Positions 27,671 to 36,709 of a DNA stretch of 64,000 nucleotides are shown here, one piece after another. The position numbers and the translations under genes are program-made. Every line of letters starts with the position of its first letter. Position 1 is the first letter of the stretch. Source of the stretch: Gemmatimonadota bacterium (GTDB lineage: Bacteria > Gemmatimonadota > Gemmatimonadetes > Gemmatimonadales > GWC2-71-9); the NCBI GenBank assembly GCA_041486305.1, contig JBGPLG010000001.1, positions 5,544-69,543 on the forward strand, read 5' to 3'. The notes under the pieces were generated by a model. The model was not told the origin of the DNA. It was given only the letters and a program-made list of their open reading frames with translations, and did no database searches.

Positions 27671-28957
27671 TCACGTGAGGCCACCCAGCCGCTCAATGAT
27701 CAGGCGATCCAGCGCCTCACGTACCGGGGGGGAGGCCACTTCCGCCGTGACCTCGGCGGCAAAGGCGTAGGTCAGCAGACGCTTTGCGGAGGCGCGCGGA
27801 ATGCCGCGGCTCTGCAGGTAAAAGAACGCCGTCTCGTCCAGCCGTCCCACGGTGGCGCCATGGGTGCAGCGCACGTCGTCGGCAAAGATCTCGAGCTGCG
27901 GCTTGGTGTCGACCCGGGCGCCGTCGGACAGCAGCAGGTTTCGGTTGGTCTGCTTGGCGTCGGTCTTCTGGGCTTCGGGCCGGACGAAAACCTTCCCGTT
28001 GAATACCGCACGGCTCTTCCCCTCGAGCACGCCCTTGTAGACCTCCCAGCTCCGGCAGTTGGGGCGATCGTGGTAGATCACCGTGTGATTGTCCACCAGC
28101 TGGCTGCCTCGTCCGAGGTAGAGTCCGTAAAGAAGCGTCTCGACGTTTTCGTCTCCCAGCCGGGCCCGCAGATCGTGGCGGGCGATTGCGCCACCCATCG
28201 ACAGGGTAAAGGAGCGATAGTGGCTGTCCCGGGCCTGCTCCACCCGGGTCAGCCCGATATGGTATGCCGATTCGCTTTCCCGCTGAATCCGGCTGTGCTC
28301 GACCCAGGCGCCCGCGCCGACGGTCACGTCGGTTACCGCATTGGTGAACGAGGCGGCGCCGCCCAGCCCCGCATAGCTCTCCACGAACTGCGCCCGGGCG
28401 CCCGGCGCCGCTGCGATCAGGGAGCGGACCTGAGCGGTCCGGCCGGCGCTGTCGGCCGTGGTGAGGAAGAGCAGATGGATCGGGTCGGCCACCACGACAC
28501 CGGCCCCGACGCGGACGACGGCGCCGTCCCTGGCGAACGCCGCGTTGAGCGCGGAGAACGGCGTTGCCTCCGCAAGATCGAGGAGCTCCGGATGGCCGGC
28601 CAGGACATCCGCCAGGGGTTCGATGGTCACTCCCGAGGGGAGTCCGGACCGGTGGGAGAGTTCCGCGTCATAGCGGCCATTGACGAAGACCACGGTGATC
28701 CAGCTCGACGGGCCGACCCGGTAGGGGTCCAGCTCCTCGGGGGCCGGTCGCCGCGCCGGCGGCACCGCGGGGGTCCAGCCGATTTTCTCGATGGCCGACA
28801 CGGGCGTGAAGCGCCATTCCTCGTCCCGCGAGGAAGGAAAGCCGGCCGCGGCGAACCGGCCCCACGCCTCTCGCCGGCGCATCAGCAGCTCGGCGGGGCC
28901 CTCGGCGCCCCCGTTGCGGCTGAACTTCTCGAAGGCCTCGGCCAGCGCCCTGGTCAC
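27671..28957 (-). CDS. sufD: Fe-S cluster assembly protein SufD
   Basis: The GTG start at 28957 overlaps the sufC stop (GTGA). The C-terminal region is SufD-like (TDAKQTNRNLLLSD..A.VDTKPQLEIFADDVRCTHGATVG). Confidence 0.85.
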   Translation of the reverse strand: MTRALAEAFEKFSRNGGAEGPAELLMRRREAWGRFAAAGFPSSRDEEWRFTPVSAIEKIGWTPAVPPARRPAPEELDPYRVGPSSWITVVFVNGRYDAELSHRSGLPSGVTIEPLADVLAGHPELLDLAEATPFSALNAAFARDGAVVRVGAGVVVADPIHLLFLTTADSAGRTAQVRSLIAAAPGARAQFVESYAGLGGAASFTNAVTDVTVGAGAWVEHSRIQRESESAYHIGLTRVEQARDSHYRSFTLSMGGAIARHDLRARLGDENVETLLYGLYLGRGSQLVDNHTVIYHDRPNCRSWEVYKGVLEGKSRAVFNGKVFVRPEAQKTDAKQTNRNLLLSDGARVDTKPQLEIFADDVRCTHGATVGRLDETAFFYLQSRGIPRASAKRLLTYAFAAEVTAEVASPPVREALDRLIIERLGGLT

Positions 28958-29715
28958 GCCGGGGCGCCCTCGGCGACGCCGGTCAGCCACTCGTATCCCT
29001 TGGCCTCGAGTTCCAGGGCGAGCTCCCGGCCGCCCGACTTGACGATTCGCCCGTCGGCGATCACGTGCACAAAATCGGGAACGATGTAATCGAGCAGCCG
29101 CTGATAGTGTGTCACGACGATCGTGGCCCGATCCGGCCGCCGGAGCGAGTTGACTCCCTTGGCCACGACGCGCAACGCGTCGATGTCGAGACCCGAGTCG
29201 GTCTCGTCGAGGATGGCGAGCGTCGGCTCGAGCACGGCCATCTGTAGGATCTCGTTGCGCTTCTTCTCTCCCCCGGAAAAGCCGCTGTTCACCGCGCGAC
29301 TCATGATATCGGGCTCCCACTCCACCAGCCGGAGCTTCTGCTCCAGCAGGTCGAGGAAGTCCATCGGATCCAGTTCTTCCTCGCCCCGGGACTTCCGGAT
29401 GGCGTTGTACGAGGCCCGCAGGAAGTAGGCATTGGTGACACCGGTGATTTCCACCGGATACTGGAACGCCAGGAAGAGGCCGGCCTGGGCACGCGCTTCC
29501 GGCTCCAGGTCCAGCAGGTCGGCGCCCTGAAACCGCACCGTGCCTTCGGTAACGGTATAGGCGGGATGACCCGCCAGGACCTGGGCGAGGGTGCTCTTGC
29601 CGGAGCCGTTGGGACCCATGATGGCGTGCACCTCGCCGGGTCTCACGACGAGGTCGATGCCCTTGAGAATCTCCTTCTCGCCGGCGGAGGCCCTGAGGCC
29701 CTGGACTTCGAGCAT
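28954..29715 (-). CDS. sufC: Fe-S cluster assembly ATPase SufC
   Basis: Starts at MLEVQGLRASAGEKEILKG. Walker A GPNGSGKST, signature FSGGEKKR, Walker B AILDE. Confidence 0.95.
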   Translation of the reverse strand: MLEVQGLRASAGEKEILKGIDLVVRPGEVHAIMGPNGSGKSTLAQVLAGHPAYTVTEGTVRFQGADLLDLEPEARAQAGLFLAFQYPVEITGVTNAYFLRASYNAIRKSRGEEELDPMDFLDLLEQKLRLVEWEPDIMSRAVNSGFSGGEKKRNEILQMAVLEPTLAILDETDSGLDIDALRVVAKGVNSLRRPDRATIVVTHYQRLLDYIVPDFVHVIADGRIVKSGGRELALELEAKGYEWLTGVAEGAPA

Positions 29716-29720
29716 CGCGC

Positions 29721-31154
29721 TCACCCCACGCTCCCTTCCAGGCTGACGCCGAGGAGCTTCTGTGCTTCGACCGCGAACTCCATGGGCAGCTCCTTGAAGA
29801 CTTCCTTGCAGAACCCGTTCACGATCATCGAAATCGCATTCTCGGTATTGAGGCCGCGCTGCTTGCAATAGAAGATCTGGTCTTCGCCGATCTTCGAGGT
29901 GCTGGCCTCGTGTTCCACCGACGCGGTGGGGTTCTGCACCTCGATGTAGGGAAACGTGTGGGCTCCGCAGCGGTTTCCGATCAGCATCGAGTCACATTGA
30001 GTGTAGTTGCGGGCGTTGTCCGCCTTGGGCAAGACCTTCACCAGGCCACGGTAGCTGTTGTTCCCCTGGCCAGCGCTGATGCCCTTGGATACGATCGTGC
30101 TGCGGGTATTCCGGCCCATGTGAATCATCTTGGTGCCGGTGTCGGCCTGCTGCCGGTTGTTGACCACGGCCACGGAGTAGAACTCCCCGACCGAATCGTC
30201 GCCCTGGAGGATGACGCTGGGATACTTCCAGGTAATGGCCGAACCGGTCTCGACCTGGGTCCAGGAGATCTTGGCCGCTCGCGACGCCTTGCCGCGCTTG
30301 GTGACGAAATTGTAGATGCCGCCCTTGCCCTCTTCATCTCCGGCGTACCAGTTCTGCACCGTGGAGTACTTGATCGTCGCCGCGTCGAGTGCCACCAGCT
30401 CGACCACCGCGGCATGGAGCTGGTTCTCGTCCCGCTTCGGCGCGGTGCAGCCCTCGAGATAGCTCACCGAGGCACCCTCGTCCGCGACGATGAGGGTTCG
30501 CTCGAACTGGCCGGTGTTCTGGGCGTTGATTCTGAAGTACGTGGAGAGGTCCATCGGGCAGCGGACGCCCTTCGGCACATACACGAAAGACCCGTCGCTG
30601 AACACCGCGGAGTTGAGTGCCGCAAAGAAGTTGTCGCTGGCCGGCACCACCGACCCCAGGTACCTCCGCACCAGGTCGGGATGCTCGCGGACCGCTTCAG
30701 AAAAGGAACAGAAGACGATCCCCATCTCCCCCAGCGCCTTCTTGTACGAGGTGCCCACGGACACCGAGTCGAAGATGGCGTCCACCGCAACCCCCGACAG
30801 GATCTTCTGCTCGGTCAGCGGGATGCCGAGTTTGGCGTACGTCTCGAGGAGCTTGGGGTCGACCTCATCGAGGCTCCCCAGCGGCGTCTTGGTCTTGGGG
30901 GCGGAATAGTAGATCGAATCCTGGTAGTCGATGGGCGGATACTTGACGTTGGGCCAATGCGGCTCGGTCATTTTGAGCCAACCGCGATAGGCCTTGAGCC
31001 GCCACTCGAGCAGGAATTCGGGCTCGTTCTTCCTGGCCGAGATCATCCGAACGATCTCCTCGGACAACCCCTTGGGTACGGTGTCAGCCTCGATGTCGGT
31101 GACGAAGCCGTACTTGTACTCGCGATTGACCAGCGACTCTACCGGACTGCTCAT
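29721..31154 (-). CDS. sufB: Fe-S cluster assembly protein SufB
   Basis: Starts at [17 protein letters not shown]. Full-length SufB similarity. AGGGGA Shine-Dalgarno. Confidence 0.95.
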   Translation of the reverse strand: MSSPVESLVNREYKYGFVTDIEADTVPKGLSEEIVRMISARKNEPEFLLEWRLKAYRGWLKMTEPHWPNVKYPPIDYQDSIYYSAPKTKTPLGSLDEVDPKLLETYAKLGIPLTEQKILSGVAVDAIFDSVSVGTSYKKALGEMGIVFCSFSEAVREHPDLVRRYLGSVVPASDNFFAALNSAVFSDGSFVYVPKGVRCPMDLSTYFRINAQNTGQFERTLIVADEGASVSYLEGCTAPKRDENQLHAAVVELVALDAATIKYSTVQNWYAGDEEGKGGIYNFVTKRGKASRAAKISWTQVETGSAITWKYPSVILQGDDSVGEFYSVAVVNNRQQADTGTKMIHMGRNTRSTIVSKGISAGQGNNSYRGLVKVLPKADNARNYTQCDSMLIGNRCGAHTFPYIEVQNPTASVEHEASTSKIGEDQIFYCKQRGLNTENAISMIVNGFCKEVFKELPMEFAVEAQKLLGVSLEGSVG

Positions 31155-31220
31155 CGATCCCCTGTTCCCCGACCGTGAAGCACCTTGGCACCCGCAGGCT
31201 TCTGGTCCAGTTGAAAACAA

Positions 31221-31249
31221 ATCCTAAGTAAAATAGTCGGGATTGTCAA
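31221..31249 (-). promoter_or_regulatory. putative suf operon promoter
   Basis: On the minus strand: TTGACA (31249-31244), 17 bp, TAGGAT (31226-31221). It lies about 65 nt upstream of the sufB ATG. Confidence 0.4.
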
Positions 31250-31510
31250 AATTGCGGAAGGGATGGAAGGGCAAGGAGTTATAGCCGGTTACCTCGTTTC
31301 GGGATTTGAGGCTCCGGGAATGCCGGCCGACGCGAGGGGTCAGGTCGACCGATCTAGGATCGGACTCGCGAATGAACCTGCGCCTCTCATTAGTAGTTTG
31401 ATATACCACCCCTACAGCATGTCTTCCCAAGTGGCTGGGAGGCTCCCAAATCCCGATTCCTGCTCCGGTTCCTCTTGAGGATTCCTGTTCTTGGCCGGAG
31501 ATTGTCAGAC

Positions 31511-32083
31511 ATGACCATCCACCGCATCCGGCTCCTGGGAGACCCGATCCTCCGGACCCCCTGTCAGCCGATCACCAAGCCGCGATCGACCGCGGTCCGG
31601 GTGATCGTGGACGATCTGCGGGAGACCCTCCGGGACTGGCAATCGCGCTTTGGGAGCGGGCGGGCGATCGCCGCGCCCCAGATCGGCGCACCGGTGCGGA
31701 TTCTCCACGTGGAGATGGATCAGCCCTGGACCCTCATCAACCCGGAAGTGGTGGATATCGGCACTGAGGACTTCACGGTCTGGGACGATTGCTTTTCGTT
31801 TCCCAACCTGCTGGTCCGGGTCCAGCGGGCCTATCATGTTCGAATCCGCTATCAGGACCTCAAGGGCGAGACCCAGGAGCAGGATCTGGAGCGGGATCGG
31901 GCCGAGCTCCTGCAGCACGAAATCGACCATCTCGACGGGGTCCTGGCGGTCAACCGGGCTCACGGCCCGGACCCATTCTGCCTCCGCGAAGAGTGGAACC
32001 GTCTGTATACCGCCGCGGACCGCTACGGTGAACCGGAGCTGCGGTCGGAGCAGGTTCCCGCGCCGCTTTCCTCGCTGCTGTAG
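31511..32083 (+). CDS. def: peptide deformylase
   Basis: AAPQIG, and HEIDHLDG (metal-binding HExxH). A C.SFP region stands where EGCLS is expected. Starts at MTIHRIRLLGDP. Confidence 0.88.
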   Translation: MTIHRIRLLGDPILRTPCQPITKPRSTAVRVIVDDLRETLRDWQSRFGSGRAIAAPQIGAPVRILHVEMDQPWTLINPEVVDIGTEDFTVWDDCFSFPNLLVRVQRAYHVRIRYQDLKGETQEQDLERDRAELLQHEIDHLDGVLAVNRAHGPDPFCLREEWNRLYTAADRYGEPELRSEQVPAPLSSLL

Positions 32084-32096
32084 CCGAGGGGGTTCC

Positions 32097-32801
32097 ATGG
32101 GACAGATGATCGAGTTTCCGGCCAACGGCCATTCCGGGTCCGGTTATCTCGCGACGCCATCTTCATCGCCTGGGGGGCCTGGCGTGCTGGTCATTCAGGA
32201 GTGGTGGGGGCTGGTCGACCACATCAAGGACGTCTGCGATCGTCTGGCGCGGGAGGGGTTCGTGGCGCTGGCGCCCGACTTCTACCACGGCGCCGCAACC
32301 AAGAGTCCGGACGAGGCCGGAAAGCTGTTCATGGCGCTCAACATCGCCAAGGCGGGGGCGGATCTGCGCGGCGCCGCCGATGCACTGTTGGCCCGGCCCG
32401 AGGTGACTTCCCGGCGGCTGGGCGTGGTGGGGTTCTGCATGGGCGGGCAACTCGCAATGTACGCGGGAGCCGAGTACCCCGATCGAATCGCCGCGGCGGT
32501 CAACTTCTACGGGATTCATCCCAACGTGCGGGTCGACCCCGGCAAGTTGCGGGTACCGCTCCAGGCGCACTTCGCCAAACGGGACAACTCGGTGAAGGAG
32601 GCGGATGCCCGCGCCCTGGTCGGTCGAATCGTCGCCGCGGGTGGCTCCGTCGAAGCGTATTACTACGACGCGGACCACGCCTTCTTCAACGACAGCCGTC
32701 CCACCGTGTACGACAAACAGTCGGCGAAGGACGCGTGGCAACGGACCCTCGAGTTCCTCCGCAAGCACACCGAGGTCAGAACCACCGCCCGACCCGGATG
32801 A
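32097..32801 (+). CDS. dienelactone hydrolase family protein
   Basis: VLVIQEWWGL, nucleophile region GFCMGG, and a C-terminal DHAF motif. Confidence 0.85.
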   Translation: MGQMIEFPANGHSGSGYLATPSSSPGGPGVLVIQEWWGLVDHIKDVCDRLAREGFVALAPDFYHGAATKSPDEAGKLFMALNIAKAGADLRGAADALLARPEVTSRRLGVVGFCMGGQLAMYAGAEYPDRIAAAVNFYGIHPNVRVDPGKLRVPLQAHFAKRDNSVKEADARALVGRIVAAGGSVEAYYYDADHAFFNDSRPTVYDKQSAKDAWQRTLEFLRKHTEVRTTARPG

Positions 32802-34824
32802 AGGCGGCGCGGCGCCCGTTTGAAGCGAATCCGTACTCGAACGCCACCGGCCCGATCGGCGTCGCGGCGCCCAAACCCAGCCGGATCCCCGCCAGCCAGT
32901 TGACCCGCTCGAAAAGCGCCCCGCCGTTTGCCGACCTTCCTGCCGCGACCAGCATCCGGAGTGCAATTGGACCCTTGAGTTGCCAGGCGCTCTGGATCCG
33001 CGCGTAGACCTCTCGATCGCCCCGGCGCTCCCCGATATGCAAACCGGGAAAGCCCTCGTCTCCCCCAAGCTCGAACGCCTGGTGGATCGGAAGATGGTGC
33101 CCGACGCCGAGCCGGACCTCCGGCGCCAGCGTGAGGCGCCCCGAACCGATCGCGGTCCCCGCCGTAATCCGGGCGGATTGATAGTCTCCGGTCCAGGTCA
33201 GCTCGACGCTGCCTTCGGCGCGGCGTCCCGGTTCGAGCCGCGCGCTGAAAAACGTTCCGCCGGTCGAGCGGTTCTCGCCCTCAGCCGTGCGCCAGGTAGC
33301 CACCTGGCCTCCCGCCTGCGCCCTCCAGGCGCCAAGCCGGGCCCATTCCGCCCCGGCAGAGGCGCCGGCCTCATGGGCCTCAAGCGTTGCGAAGCTGGTG
33401 CCGTCGGGAGTGAACTGTCGCACGCCGTCCGACAGCAGGTGAAACGAAGCGAGCGGCGTCAGGCTCATCCGGCCGACGCCGATGTGGGTCAACAGGCTGC
33501 CGGTGAGGTTGTTCCGGAAGCGTCCCAGGGAGAGGACCGCGCTGCCCTCAATTCCCCGGACCGTGAAACGGTCGAGCGCGCCGAGCCAAAGCCGGCCACC
33601 CAGGTCGTGGTCGTAAGCCAGCCCGAGGCCGGCGACTCGGCGGGCCGATGGTGTGAACTGGATCCGGAAATCGATGGTGTCGGGACCGCCGACCGGTCCG
33701 AGCCAGACTTCGCGGAACGTCTCCAGGTTGGGCATCTCGGAGAGCTGGGCCTCGAGCGCAGCCAGGTCGAGCCGTTGCCCCGCGGCGAGTCCCAAGACCC
33801 GGCCCATGGTTTCCCGGTCGCGGGTGTCTCCGTTGACGACCTCCCACCGGCGAAGCCAGCCGGGCAACGGGGGAATGACGGGTGGAGGGCGGCGGGGAAG
33901 ACACGCCATCCCCCCCAACATCGAGTCAGCCGCGGCGCGCCCGTTCCTCACCAGACGATCGCGATTGCCGGGCTGGAAATCGAGATTCGCGAAGCCGCGA
34001 ACATCCGGCCGGATATAGACGTCGTCCGGACCCAGGGCCGGCATCGGTTGGGTGAAGAGAAAACTCGCCAGCCGCCCCGCCACGGTGCCCGGAGAGGTCA
34101 TGTCGGCGCTGTCCAGCTGGGCCGATTCATCCTTGAGGTCCACCACGATCAGTCGCCGCGCCCCCGCCGCCCGCGCTGCCTCGACCGGGAGGTTGGCGGA
34201 GATCCCACCATCGATGTAGTACCGGTCGCCGATCCGTTCGGGCGTGTAAACCAGGGGAATTGCGATCGAGGCCCGCACCGCCTGGGCGAGGTCGCCGCCC
34301 CTGAGCGGCACGGCTTCCCGGGTTCGAAGGTCGGTGGCTACCGCGCGAAACCGGATCGGGAGGCGGTCGAAGTCGCCGCGCGCCAGAAGGTTGCCTCGCA
34401 GGAGGATGCGATTGAGCGCGGCATCGGTTCGGAGCTCCGAGGCGCCGCGGGTAACCAGCGAGAACCCCCGCCCGCCCTGCTCCCAGAGGAGGAGCGGGAG
34501 CAGCGTTTCCCAGTTGTGGGGGGGCAGGGTGGAGAAGTTTCCGGTGACCGCGGCCGGCGGGAGAACCCGAACGATCGAATCGATCTGCCGGCCCGAAAGG
34601 CCGCTGGCATAAAGGGCACCGAAGATCGAGCCGATACTGGTGCCGACGATCAGGTCGGGGCGCACACCGAGGCTGTCCAGCGCGAGAAGCACGCCGATAT
34701 GGGCGTAGCCCTTGGCGCCGCCGCCCGCCAGGACCAGAGCGACCGGGCCATCGGGGCATTGCTGGCCCTCGAGTGGCGAGCCGGCGATCAATGCAGCGGC
34801 GAGCAGGCGCAACGGAACACGCAT
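32776..34824 (-). CDS. patatin-like phospholipase fused to an Omp85/surface-antigen beta-barrel (PlpD-like, type Vd secretion architecture)
   Basis: Signal peptide; patatin motifs GGGAKG, GTSIGS and DGG; a POTRA-like middle region; a C-terminal barrel ending in ...RVGRWF. Confidence 0.85.
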   Translation of the reverse strand: MRVPLRLLAAALIAGSPLEGQQCPDGPVALVLAGGGAKGYAHIGVLLALDSLGVRPDLIVGTSIGSIFGALYASGLSGRQIDSIVRVLPPAAVTGNFSTLPPHNWETLLPLLLWEQGGRGFSLVTRGASELRTDAALNRILLRGNLLARGDFDRLPIRFRAVATDLRTREAVPLRGGDLAQAVRASIAIPLVYTPERIGDRYYIDGGISANLPVEAARAAGARRLIVVDLKDESAQLDSADMTSPGTVAGRLASFLFTQPMPALGPDDVYIRPDVRGFANLDFQPGNRDRLVRNGRAAADSMLGGMACLPRRPPPVIPPLPGWLRRWEVVNGDTRDRETMGRVLGLAAGQRLDLAALEAQLSEMPNLETFREVWLGPVGGPDTIDFRIQFTPSARRVAGLGLAYDHDLGGRLWLGALDRFTVRGIEGSAVLSLGRFRNNLTGSLLTHIGVGRMSLTPLASFHLLSDGVRQFTPDGTSFATLEAHEAGASAGAEWARLGAWRAQAGGQVATWRTAEGENRSTGGTFFSARLEPGRRAEGSVELTWTGDYQSARITAGTAIGSGRLTLAPEVRLGVGHHLPIHQAFELGGDEGFPGLHIGERRGDREVYARIQSAWQLKGPIALRMLVAAGRSANGGALFERVNWLAGIRLGLGAATPIGPVAFEYGFASNGRRAAFIRVGRWF

Positions 34825-34938
34825 GGGGAAAAGCTAACCCCGGCTCCCCTTGCGATACGCGGCCCGGTTCCTTAATTCTGTCCCCAGAGCAGGAACGTTT
34901 GCGGGGACGCCCAACGCCCACCCGGGAGACGCGCAGTC

Positions 34939-35202
34939 ATGGCGTATGTGATTACCGAAGCATGCATCGGCACCAAGGACAAAGCCTGCGTCGACGTGTG
35001 CCCGGTCGATTGCATCTATGAGGGCGAGGATCAGCTCTACATTCACCCGGACGAGTGCATCGACTGCGGGGCGTGCGAGCCGGAGTGCCCCGTGACGGCG
35101 ATCTTCCCGGAAGAGGATGTTCCGCCCAACCTCGAGAGCTACATCGAAAAGAACCGCGAGGTCTTCAATTCCGATGTTCCCCCGGGGAGGCCGAAGAAGT
35201 AG
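34939..35202 (+). CDS. fdxA: 7Fe ferredoxin ([3Fe-4S][4Fe-4S], FdxA type)
   Basis: [37 protein letters not shown]. Confidence 0.93.
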   Translation: MAYVITEACIGTKDKACVDVCPVDCIYEGEDQLYIHPDECIDCGACEPECPVTAIFPEEDVPPNLESYIEKNREVFNSDVPPGRPKK

Positions 35203-35240
35203 GACTGAGGATTGAGGATGGAGGATGGAGGGCAACTGAA

Positions 35241-35276
35241 AGGCGGCGCTCCCGGTCGGGGCGCCGCCTACGTGTT
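35241..35276 (+). terminator. Rho-independent terminator of the ferredoxin gene
   Basis: AGGCGGCGC-loop-GCGCCGCCT stem followed by the T-rich ACGTGTTTCT. It is nested inside a larger imperfect repeat-armed hairpin (35203-35304). Confidence 0.7.
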
Positions 35277-35448
35277 TCTACTGAACCTCAGTCCTCGATC
35301 CTCAAAAGTGGGCGACCCGCGAGACCGGCATATGCGCCGATCCCGGGGTCGTTGGGGGAGAAGACCTGCATGAGGCTTGGCAGTGATCCGATATAGAGCA
35401 TCGGTTCGGCCCGCCATACTAATAGACGCCCGGGCCCCGGAAATGGTT

Positions 35449-36645
35449 TCATGCGATTGACTGAAGGAACTTGAGGATCGCCCGGGTGGTGGGAACCGGC
35501 TGTTCCACCCCCGGCAAGTGACCGGCCCCGGGTATCTCCATCAGCCGGGCGCCGGGAATAGCCGCCGCCATGCCCTGGGCAATGGCGGGGGGCGTGATCA
35601 TGTCTTCCGCGCCCACCAGCACGAGGGTCGGTACGCCGGTCAGCGTCTCGAGCAATGAAGTGCTGTCGGGCCGCTCCCGCATGGCCGATAGCGCGCCGAC
35701 AATGCCGGGCACCGGCGTTCGCAGGATGGTCGTGCGGATGCGCTCGATGATCTCCGGGGAAACCTGGGAGGTGAAGAATCGCGGCAGCATCGCCTCGGCG
35801 GCGGCGATGGCTCCGAGCTCCCGCACCCGTCCAATCAGGGCATCCCGGGCCCGGCGACCGTCGGCGTTGTCCGCTTCGGCGCGGGTATCAACCAGGATGA
35901 GTCCGCGGACTCGCTCCCGCCACCGGCGTACGAACTCGAATGCGATATACCCGCCGAGCGAGTGCCCGCACAGCACAACCTCTCCCTCTCCGAGCGCATC
36001 GAGCAGGCCGAGCAGATCCTCGGCATAGGTACTCATCGAATAGCCCAGGTCGGGGGCGTCGGACTGACCCATGCCGCGCAGGTCGGGCGCGATGCGCCGA
36101 TAACCGGTCAGGGTGTCGATCTGATGCTGCCAGATGGTGCGATCGAGAGGGAAGCCGTGCACGAAGAGAATGCTGGGGCCGGTACCGCGATGCTCCACGG
36201 CCAGGCTCACCCCGTTCACGGTGAGCCGGTCGGCGGGCTCGGTGCTGGGCCGCGCGTTGAACAATTCCCCCACTTCCTCGGGCACCGGAATGGGGCGGCC
36301 CTCGCGATCGATACAGACGAACACGAACTCGGCGGTCGCAATGAGGTTGCCGTCGCTGGCCCGGCGCGCGGTCTGCCGCATGGTGAAGCTGGTCCTTCCA
36401 TGGTGCACCACCGCTTGGTGCACCCGAAGGACATCCCCGGGAAAGGCCGGAGCATGATAGTCGATCACGGTCTTTCGGACCGCTGGCCAGGCATCATGCC
36501 GGGTGAACACGTCCATGCCCGGGCCCCGGGCCATCACGTCCCAACGGGCCCGCTCGAACACCCGAAGGAACGACGCCTGATTCAGATGCCCGAACGCATC
36601 GCAATCATCGGGATAGACGACTTGTTCGACGTCGGCGAGATTCAT
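35449..36645 (-). CDS. fusion protein: 4HBT/YbgC-type acyl-CoA thioesterase plus alpha/beta hydrolase
   Basis: N-terminal hotdog-fold motif (YPDDCDAFGHLNQASF). The C-terminal region has HGFP and the nucleophile elbow GHSLGG. Confidence 0.8.
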   Translation of the reverse strand: MNLADVEQVVYPDDCDAFGHLNQASFLRVFERARWDVMARGPGMDVFTRHDAWPAVRKTVIDYHAPAFPGDVLRVHQAVVHHGRTSFTMRQTARRASDGNLIATAEFVFVCIDREGRPIPVPEEVGELFNARPSTEPADRLTVNGVSLAVEHRGTGPSILFVHGFPLDRTIWQHQIDTLTGYRRIAPDLRGMGQSDAPDLGYSMSTYAEDLLGLLDALGEGEVVLCGHSLGGYIAFEFVRRWRERVRGLILVDTRAEADNADGRRARDALIGRVRELGAIAAAEAMLPRFFTSQVSPEIIERIRTTILRTPVPGIVGALSAMRERPDSTSLLETLTGVPTLVLVGAEDMITPPAIAQGMAAAIPGARLMEIPGAGHLPGVEQPVPTTRAILKFLQSIA

Positions 36646-36709
36646 GCAAGTCGCTCCGGGAATGCCTTAAGGTACGCCGGTCTCTGCCGGACTCGCTACT
36701 ATTCGGCCC

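Noticed and set aside
31224-31430. 68-aa ORF on the minus strand immediately upstream of sufB, considered as a possible small suf regulator.
   Set aside because: Its codon usage is atypical (AT-rich codons at the 5' end) and it has no recognisable fold or HTH. Its 3' end is better explained as the suf promoter (TTGACA-17-TAGGAT).
35390-35420. GGTTCG-containing stretches (here, at the rnpB 3' end and inside yidD), considered as tRNA T-arms.
   Set aside because: No acceptor, anticodon or D-arm complementarity could be built around them. The one at 57596-57610 is the rnpB P1 helix.
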